64,000 bases of DNA from Candidatus Magasanikbacteria bacterium RIFCSPHIGHO2_02_FULL_48_18 (GTDB taxonomy: Bacteria; Patescibacteriota; Patescibacteriia; Magasanikbacterales; UBA922): contig MFQC01000009.1 in the NCBI GenBank assembly GCA_001784285.1, forward strand, positions 8,828 through 72,827, given 5' to 3'. A program made the position numbers and the translations under genes. Positions 1 to 6,326 of the stretch are shown piece after piece (positions within the stretch are counted from its first letter, which is position 1; every line of letters begins with the position of its first letter). The notes below the pieces were generated by a model. That model made no database searches. It was not told the origin of the DNA and saw only the letters and a list, made by a program, of their open reading frames with translations.

Positions 1-3000
1 TCCTATAAATCCAAGATATTTTCTTTCTATGCCCTTCATTGCGGCGTCAAATACTTGCTCAGGACTGGTGATATTCTCACCTCTGTCATCTTTCAACACT
101 TTTCCACCCTTCAAAAAAGCGCCTTTCAAAACAACCTGCCCGGCAAAAAGTTCTTGAACCGATGAAGCGGTTTGCCAATCTTTTTTTCCTTTGTTTGGAT
201 CTTCAATTCGAATAATCTTGCCATCCTTATCGGCAAATCCGTCTTTTTTTATTTTTTTAATTTTTCCTTGCCCCTCAAGGACTTGCTGGCCAGCGGACAA
301 CTGAGTAATCGCGTTCCCTTCCGCATCACGCAAAATAATGCCCTGTTCATCATAGTACGAACCCTTTTTTACCGCAGTCATCGCCCCGTATTTATTGTTC
401 AAAAATTCCTCTTGTGTTACCACGGATCCATCTGCATTTTCAATGAGGTGCTCTTTATGTTCAATACCATGAACATTGTTCTCCAATAGCTCGTCGACAC
501 TTGCGGCCTCCCTTTCGCCTCCCTTTCCATCGGGAACCATAAGCACTTTGCCATCCTCACCAACAAATCGCTGTTCTGAATTGAGAACACGCTCGAGCAT
601 CTTAAATTCTCCTTCCGGTCCAAAGGCTCTTTTTGTGGCTTCAAATTCATCCCGTTCTGCCGGGGAAAGACCATTTCTGTATTCTTCATCGGTTTCGTAT
701 CGTTCAATAGCCTGTCCCATGGAGTTAATGGCATCATCAAGATTTGCATTTTCCGCGAGATTACTCAACATGCCATACATGTGTTTTTGCACATCCATGG
801 AAACTCCTTCTTTCCCCTGCATACGCGCCTGCTCTCTATGAAACGCAAGCCGCATCAATGCCGCGCCGCCAAACTCGGCGCGTCCGGCTTCGTCAACGCG
901 GTTTAATGATTCGGCAATACGCTTTGCAGACGCCACAAACGACTGCGCGTAGGTGGCTTTCCCTTGCGCAGGCGCTTCAATAAAGGTGCCTTCCACTTCG
1001 GACTGCGTTTCTCCTTTAACAATGGCCATATTTTCTTCGTGCTCTTCCGCAAATTTTGCCTGTTGAATGGCGCGCGCAAAAACAGACGCGGCGTCATTGC
1101 CTTGAAGAAGCCAGAGATCCAAGTTGCCTTTATCTTTCATTTTTCTAAATTTGTCGAGCGACGACTCAAACACTTTTTCGAGATGCGCATTTTTCATGCC
1201 CTTGACGATGTCCTCGCCGATTTTCGCGCCTATCTCGGCTTCGCCAAGCTGTTCGGCGAGCTTTTTGCCGAGTGGCCCCATCCACACAGCCTCGGTGGCC
1301 TTGCTTTGCGCTTCTTTCAGTTTTTCTTCGGCCACGCGATTGGTTTCATGTTGCACAATATACTGGGCCGCGTTTCGAGAAGCCCTGCTATACACGCCCT
1401 CATCGCGTTTTGGCACCCAAGTGCGTTTGGATCCTTTCCACCGTTCCGGATGATTGATCCCGCTGATAGTGTCCCCGACCGCTTTAACATTTGCGGGGTT
1501 ACTGCGGAATTCTTCAAGACGAGAGTCGCTGTCAATCACCACTTCTTTGCCTCTCTCGTCCTTAATTGTTTTCTTTTGTTTTCTGCGTTTAAATTCTGCT
1601 TTTCCGGCTTCATCCATTCCTTGATACCCATGGTACTCATCGCCATGTTTTTTCTGCATCCACGCGTCAAATTGTTTATTTTGTTGTGCCACAATTTCCG
1701 GGTCCGCCAAAAATTCATCCTCTACCTTTACCTCTTGGTCCGCCCCTATCTGAGTGAATTTCATCCATCCTGACCTCGACTTATCACTGGAAAGAGCGGC
1801 ATACTCCTTATATTCATTAGGATGCTCAACCTCCAGCCATTGTCCAAATTGTTTTAGTTGCTCTGCCGAGACTTCCGGATCCTTCGCAAATTCTTCGTCT
1901 AAGGAACCAAGATCTTTTTGCACCTCAACGGACTTAGTTACTTTTTTCTTTTGTTTGTCAGTGATAAGTTTTGTTTTCCCGGGTTCGTCCGCGGCAGTGT
2001 AGTTCACGTACGCACCCGCATTTTCTTTTTGAAGCCATCGTTCAAATTGTTGTGTTTGTTCAGGGGCAACCATAGAATCTTTTCGAAATTCTTCCAGATG
2101 TTGTTTTTTAAATTCCCATTGTTGGAGCGTATTCATTTCCTTATACCCGTTGTATTGCACCGGATCTTTTGCTTTTATCCAATTTCGAAACTTTTTATCC
2201 TCATCTTCCACAAATTCCGGCGTGTGACGAAACTCGTCAATAAACGAAGGGGCATCTTCTTCCACTTCTTTTTGCTGTTTTACCGTCGTGGTTCGTTTCT
2301 TTTCGCGAAACGCTTTTTTCCCCTCGTCATCCAGCGCGGCATAGCCTTGGTACTCGTCCGCGTGCTCTTTTTCCATCCACCCCTCAAACTCATGATCTTC
2401 CGCGGCGACCACCAATTGGCGCCCTTCTTTGAGAAGGCGTTCTCTGTTTCGATGTTCACGCGACTTTTTGTTTTCCGGACTGCGCATCTGAATCGCGGCC
2501 ATCTCCTGATATTCCGCAAAATTTCTCCGAGCGGTCATGGCATCAAGCCCAACTATACCCACATACTTTTTCTGTTTGATTTTATTCCCATCTTTATCAA
2601 CTTTATCTCTCATTTCATACGCTGTCGTGCCATCCGCGTTCTTTTTTTCCACTCTTTCTTGTTCATATTTAAAGTCGCCTTTTTCATCGTCCCATTCATA
2701 GTCAACCTGGCCCAATCTTTTTAGAATTGGTATTTGGCCAAACACCTTATTAACCAGAGCCGTACCGGCCAAAGACAGAGGGGGTTCATTTTTACTCATG
2801 TCTTTGGCGCGACTGTCTTTTTGCTGTTTTTTTACCGCCTCGACACGATCATCGAGTTTATCCTGATATTCTTCATTATACCCCCCAATAAGAGGGATAT
2901 GACGAATATACTTATTTTGCCGTCGAAACTCATCCAAACGTTTCCCGGCGCGAATCCAACTTCGGCCGCCAATAAAAGGCGCGTTCATAAGGCTCTTCTT

Positions 3001-4125
3001 GCCTTTTTCCAATCCTTTCCCCACCAACCACCGTCCGGCCGCGTACCCGCTCGCGATGGTTGCCACTTTCTTTCCAAAATCAAGGACTCCCCCGACAAAA
3101 CTGCCCCCGACAGCGCCAACTTTTTGGACCGCCGTGAGCCCGACAAACAAAAATGCGATAGCAATAAAAAAATTTGCCATGTTTTCCCACGTGGTCACTT
3201 CGCTTGAGGACACTTTGAGCGTGCCCCCGGGAACGCCTGCCTGCTGAAGCACTTTTTGCGCGTCCGAGCCGTCAATATTGAGTCCCAAATCCGACATGGC
3301 AACGTCGCCCGTTCCAAGCGTGGCAAACGCAAGCCAGAGAAAGAATACCGCGACCGGCGCCACAATCACTTCTTTACCAAACATGGACCACCATTCTTTT
3401 GCGTACTGTTTGGTTTGCGGAATAACGTTCATGATATACGCCATTGGCGACAAAATAATCAACACCCACAATACAATGACCCGGAGTATCATCACAAACA
3501 AATACGCGCCAACAACCGCAAGTCCCATGAGCGCAAAAACAAAGGCCATAACCGCGCCGCCAAAGAGTTTAATGTCAATGCCTCCGGTCATAATATCTTC
3601 ACCGACCACATTGAGAATCGAGTTCATGCGGAGCATTTCAATAAGGTTGCCCCCGGCCGTGTTTTGGATGGCCGTCACAAAGGTCATGGTAAAGATATGC
3701 GCGGCGTCAATAATAAGGCCGGCAATGAGTTTGCTGAAATTGACAAGAAGCGCCGCCAAGATAAAATGCGCAAGCGTTTTTTTCCATTCGTATTGTTCAA
3801 TACCAAGGACCGTGCCAAACGCGATAACAAGCAATACCACCACAAAAAACATATTGGCAACGTCGCGCACCATAAACCAGCCGATGACGACGGTCGGTGT
3901 GTCAACATAGCCATTATATTTTGCGAGTTCGACAAAAAATTTGAAGAAAAACATGGTCAAGCTCATGAGCACAGTGGCAAGCTCAATCAAAATCCACGAC
4001 GCAAAGTGCAAGAGCGCGTCAAAAACGCCGGTTGCGACATCACCCAGCAAATCAAAAATCGCGTTTGCCGGTGTGGCGGTGAAAACCAGCCCGGAGACAA
4101 CAAAAAATAAGAAGATCGGCGTCAT
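1..4125 (-). CDS. Large polytopic membrane protein with a C-terminal charged-repeat tail, possibly TrbL/VirB6-like. The 3' end lies beyond the window start, so more than 1375 aa are encoded here.
   Basis: I translated this by hand. The minus-strand frame is open and stop-free from 4197 down to position 1. The six-frame track omits it, presumably because there is no stop in the window. The start is ATG 4125..4123, giving MTPIFLFFVVSGLVF.... The first roughly 330 aa contain at least eight strongly hydrophobic segments. They are followed by a K/E/D-rich soluble region with recurring motifs (EYQGY, EYHGYQ, EYKEY, WMxKxHxDEY). There is no Shine-Dalgarno site, as with most genes in this window. Confidence 0.8.
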   Translation of the reverse strand, partial: MTPIFLFFVVSGLVFTATPANAIFDLLGDVATGVFDALLHFASWILIELATVLMSLTMFFFKFFVELAKYNGYVDTPTVVIGWFMVRDVANMFFVVVLLVIAFGTVLGIEQYEWKKTLAHFILAALLVNFSKLIAGLIIDAAHIFTMTFVTAIQNTAGGNLIEMLRMNSILNVVGEDIMTGGIDIKLFGGAVMAFVFALMGLAVVGAYLFVMILRVIVLWVLIILSPMAYIMNVIPQTKQYAKEWWSMFGKEVIVAPVAVFFLWLAFATLGTGDVAMSDLGLNIDGSDAQKVLQQAGVPGGTLKVSSSEVTTWENMANFFIAIAFLFVGLTAVQKVGAVGGSFVGGVLDFGKKVATIASGYAAGRWLVGKGLEKGKKSLMNAPFIGGRSWIRAGKRLDEFRRQNKYIRHIPLIGGYNEEYQDKLDDRVEAVKKQQKDSRAKDMSKNEPPLSLAGTALVNKVFGQIPILKRLGQVDYEWDDEKGDFKYEQERVEKKNADGTTAYEMRDKVDKDGNKIKQKKYVGIVGLDAMTARRNFAEYQEMAAIQMRSPENKKSREHRNRERLLKEGRQLVVAAEDHEFEGWMEKEHADEYQGYAALDDEGKKAFREKKRTTTVKQQKEVEEDAPSFIDEFRHTPEFVEDEDKKFRNWIKAKDPVQYNGYKEMNTLQQWEFKKQHLEEFRKDSMVAPEQTQQFERWLQKENAGAYVNYTAADEPGKTKLITDKQKKKVTKSVEVQKDLGSLDEEFAKDPEVSAEQLKQFGQWLEVEHPNEYKEYAALSSDKSRSGWMKFTQIGADQEVKVEDEFLADPEIVAQQNKQFDAWMQKKHGDEYHGYQGMDEAGKAEFKRRKQKKTIKDERGKEVVIDSDSRLEEFRSNPANVKAVGDTISGINHPERWKGSKRTWVPKRDEGVYSRASRNAAQYIVQHETNRVAEEKLKEAQSKATEAVWMGPLGKKLAEQLGEAEIGAKIGEDIVKGMKNAHLEKVFESSLDKFRKMKDKGNLDLWLLQGNDAASVFARAIQQAKFAEEHEENMAIVKGETQSEVEGTFIEAPAQGKATYAQSFVASAKRIAESLNRVDEAGRAEFGGAALMRLAFHREQARMQGKEGVSMDVQKHMYGMLSNLAENANLDDAINSMGQAIERYETDEEYRNGLSPAERDEFEATKRAFGPEGEFKMLERVLNSEQRFVGEDGKVLMVPDGKGGEREAASVDELLENNVHGIEHKEHLIENADGSVVTQEEFLNNKYGAMTAVKKGSYYDEQGIILRDAEGNAITQLSAGQQVLEGQGKIKKIKKDGFADKDGKIIRIEDPNKGKKDWQTASSVQELFAGQVVLKGAFLKGGKVLKDDRGENITSPEQVFDAAMKGIERKYLGFIG

Positions 4126-4293
4126 CCATTTTTTTGCTCGGAAGAGCGACGTTATTTTTTTTCCAACATGCTTCACAGCCAAGAAATCATGGAGTGATCA
4201 ATTGTGAAGAAGTATAGCATAAAAAAGAAAAAAAATGGAGAAAAAATCGTTATTTTGGGGATAGTATTTCATAAACACGTTATCCACTTTTTA

Positions 4294-4325
4294 TCCTTGA
4301 CAAACCTTTGTCACCTTGACAAAAC
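4294..4325. promoter_or_regulatory. Candidate operator: inverted repeat TGACAAA-cc-TTTGTCA plus a third CTTGACAAA half-site.
   Basis: The sequence CCTTGACAAACCTTTGTCACCTTGACAAAACGG lies between the small-RNA locus and the start of the membrane-protein gene. Confidence 0.3.
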
Positions 4326-4399
4326 GGCTTTTTTGTGCTTTAATAGAATTGGAGAATTGTGTTTATTTTTTCGCTTGAAAAAAGCAAAAAGCTCTTTAA

Positions 4400-4519
4400 A
4401 AAAACAAAAAGGCTTGCACACACAAGCCTCCTTCGGTGGTGGACCGTGGGGGAATTGAACCCCAAGAGTGAGGATGGTAAGCCTACTCGTGCACCTGCAC
4501 ACACGGCCCATAGTCCACC
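4400..4519 (-). ncRNA. Small RNA 1, about 120 nt: a tRNA-like or Y-RNA-like element, unclassified.
   Basis: A sigma70 promoter lies upstream on the minus strand: TTGTTG, a 17-nt spacer, TATACT, then 7 T residues to the G start. The transcript begins GGUGGACUA and carries a T-loop-like GGGGUUCAAUUCCCCC hairpin. ACGGUCCACCA near the 3' end pairs perfectly over 7 bp with the 5' GGUGGAC. It ends in an intrinsic terminator, GGCUUGUGUGUGCAAGCC followed by UUUUUGUUUUUUU. No anticodon arm can be folded, so it is not called a tRNA. Confidence 0.5.
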
Positions 4520-4525
4520 AAAAAA

Positions 4526-4554
4526 AGTATACCATAAAAGAAAATCCTCAACAA
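4526..4554 (-). promoter_or_regulatory. Sigma70-type promoter for small RNA 1.
   Basis: On the minus strand, -35 TTGTTG sits at 4549-4554 in plus coordinates. A 17-nt spacer separates it from -10 TATACT at 4526-4531. The presumed start site is 7 nt downstream. Confidence 0.5.
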
Positions 4555-4709
4555 AGAATTTATGTTGAGGACTTTCTCCGGGATTCACCCGACCGAATAT
4601 GCAGTTTTATACGAAGTAGGTTTACCATCCTAAAACAAGGATACCCCATTTTAAAAACCCTGTCAAGTGGAAAAATGATAGATCACTCCATCCAAACAAA
4701 CCAATTGAG

Positions 4710-4738
4710 ATAGAGTAATCCATCGTTCTTTCACAAAA
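4710..4738. repeat. 29-bp direct repeat ATAGAGTAATCCATCGTTCTTTCACAAAA, first copy. The second copy is at 5017-5045. It marks the unit boundary of the tandem duplication.
   Basis: Exact string match between 4710-4738 and 5017-5045. Confidence 0.85.
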
Positions 4739-4860
4739 ACAAAAAGGCTTGCACACACAAGCCTCCTTCGGTGGTGGACCGTGGGGGAATTGAACCCGTT
4801 CCACTGTGTGTCAAGTACAGCATGCTCACCAGATACACTACTGGCCCTTACTAGTCCACC
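4735..4860 (-). ncRNA. Small RNA 2, a diverged tandem paralogue of small RNA 1, about 126 nt.
   Basis: It shares the 5' GGUGGACUA and 64 nt of 3' end with small RNA 1 (T-loop-like hairpin, ACGGUCCACCA, terminator). Repeat A at 4400-4463 equals repeat A at 4735-4798. The middle body is unrelated. An extended -10 (TGTTAATAT) lies upstream at 4867-4875. Confidence 0.45.
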
Positions 4861-5308
4861 AAATTTATATTAACATAAAAATCTCCCCGGAGGAAGATCT
4901 TTACGTTGACACACAGTTTCAACCAGTAGAAATCTAGTTGCTGTACAAAAATACAATATCACATATCTGGAAACTTTGTCAAGCGAAAGCCCGATGGTTT
5001 ACCCGATTAAAATACAATAGAGTAATCCATCGTTCTTTCACAAAATGACAATTCTCTCCATAATGGACGAGAACTGTCTTACAAATACAGCGCGTGTGAG
5101 GCGGAAATTGCTCTGCTTCCGGAAATACCCGGGAGAGAGCCATGAAAGCCTAATAATATTGCGAACTCCTAAAAGCAACACGGCGCCTGCCGAATGGAGC
5201 GGTTGGATGTGTCATCCTGATCAGAATGACATACCCAACTGCTCCACGGACAAGGCGAAACCGTGGGACCACAATGCCGCATCCAGGCGGCGAGACAGGA
5301 GGTGCCAC

Positions 5309-6043
5309 ATGGCACGTTTCATCGCCCTCGCCGCCACCCTGGCGGCGTGCTTCTTCCTCGCGTGCGAGGAGGAAGGGACTGGTCCCACCGACGGGACCAC
5401 TGCGACGACAACGGGCTCCGCCGCAGGCGAGCCCACCACCCCCAGCAACGACGGCAACGACTGCACCGACAACAACCCGTGCACCGAGGAGACGTGCGAC
5501 GGCGACGTTTGCACGACCCATACTGAGTCGTGCAACGACAACGGATGCACCGAGGAATGGTGCAACCAATGGGGGTGCTCCAGTTGCACCAACTGGAGCA
5601 GTGGCGCCTCGGGGTGCACAGGCACCCCGGGCGGCCCTACTGCCCCCATTGTCGACCCCGACCCCCCTGGCGACGACCCCGTCCCCCCGCCGGAGGTCGA
5701 CTGCTCGGCCTGGACAACTCTCCTTTCCGGCACGTTCTACGAGCCGGAGCTGATCGGGGAGTTCGAAGTCCCTGGTTTTATTCAGTACCTCGAACCGGAC
5801 TTCGAGGGGATCGTCGGCGCGGGCTACGGCCTGTGCCGGTCGTCTGTTGATGACGCAATCGGCGTCGTCGACAACGTGTGGGGTGTGCTCGATGGAGCAG
5901 GAAAGAACATCGCCTGTGGACCGTTCCCGGGCGATAGTGTGCTCCACTTCGAGCCGATCGACAGCGACTGCATCAAAATCGGAGGGACTGCCCTTACAAA
6001 CTGGAGCATCCCCAACGATTTTTTGATTGCATGCCGACTGTGA
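5309..6043 (+). CDS. GC-rich lipoprotein that is Cys-, Asp- and Thr-rich, with CxxxNPCTxExC-type repeats.
   Basis: AGGAGG lies 6 nt upstream of ATG 5309. The signal peptide with lipobox reads MARFIALAATLAAC. The repeats read CTDNNPCTEETCDGDVCTTHTESCNDNGCTEEWC. Local GC is roughly 65% against roughly 48% in the flanks. The longer track ORF from 5045 is probably an N-terminal over-extension. Confidence 0.7.
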   Translation: MARFIALAATLAACFFLACEEEGTGPTDGTTATTTGSAAGEPTTPSNDGNDCTDNNPCTEETCDGDVCTTHTESCNDNGCTEEWCNQWGCSSCTNWSSGASGCTGTPGGPTAPIVDPDPPGDDPVPPPEVDCSAWTTLLSGTFYEPELIGEFEVPGFIQYLEPDFEGIVGAGYGLCRSSVDDAIGVVDNVWGVLDGAGKNIACGPFPGDSVLHFEPIDSDCIKIGGTALTNWSIPNDFLIACRL

Positions 6044-6113
6044 AACCCAAGAGCGCCAGGTCCCGCCTCACACGCCTGCGCTCGCTGTATATAGAAACAC
6101 TTCTGTTCTGTAT

Positions 6114-6141
6114 AGAGCGTACCAAAAAATCCCCGTTCGGG
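6114..6141. terminator. Bidirectional intrinsic terminator.
   Basis: The sequence is AAAAAATCCCCGTTCGGGGGATTTTTT, a stem flanked by an A-run and a T-run. Confidence 0.7.
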
Positions 6142-6326
6142 GGATTTTTTGTTTGTCTTCGTTGAAGAAAAGGAATCCCTGCCTGCCGGTAGGCAGGGCA
6201 GGCAGGCTTCTGCGCCCAGGGCGCATCAGGATGACAACATCAAACCCAGAAAACTTAACCTCCGCCCAAGGCAGCCCGCCCGCCTTTGGCGGGGATCAGC
6301 CTTTGGCTGAAACTCAGTCAACTATT

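Noticed and set aside
964-4110. Plus-strand track ORFs (964-1773, 1918-2724, 2734-3207, 3256-4110, 3278-3910) with low-complexity or implausible translations.
   Set aside because: They lie antisense to, or in the wrong frame of, the continuous minus-strand CDS 1-4125. That CDS has a coherent transmembrane-plus-repeat architecture, so these are frame shadows.
4311-4804. Track ORFs 4311-4535(-), 4359-4568(+) and 4622-4804(-) across the sRNA locus.
   Set aside because: They read straight through intrinsic terminator hairpins and promoters. Two of them share the peptide VQFPHGPPPKEACVCKPFCF only because they cross the duplicated DNA block. No SD is present.
4400-4860. Calling the two small RNAs tRNA genes (T-loop GGUUCAAUUCC, 3' ACCA).
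   Set aside because: I could not fold a D-arm or anticodon stem-loop in either copy. The body is 70-73 nt inside the best acceptor pairing with no 5-bp/7-nt/5-bp anticodon hairpin. The two copies differ entirely in the middle while sharing the ends. They are kept as tRNA-like ncRNA pending tRNAscan or Infernal.
4400-5045. CRISPR array.
   Set aside because: Only two long copies (64 bp) and two 29-bp copies are present, with no short regular repeat-spacer periodicity and no cas genes. No other CRISPR-like periodic repeats were seen anywhere in the window.
5045-5308. The N-terminal 88 codons of track ORF 5045-6043.
   Set aside because: The composition shift, the AGGAGG site and the signal peptide begin at ATG 5309. 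The upstream part overlaps the 29-bp repeat and has ordinary GC, so it is likely not translated.
5150-6015. Long antisense and alternate-frame ORFs (5150-5947-, 5221-5733-, 5226-5753+, 5530-5850+) in the GC-rich island.
   Set aside because: This is the typical stop-codon depletion of high-GC DNA. The translations are Arg/Pro/Gly-rich nonsense overlapping the well-supported lipoprotein gene.
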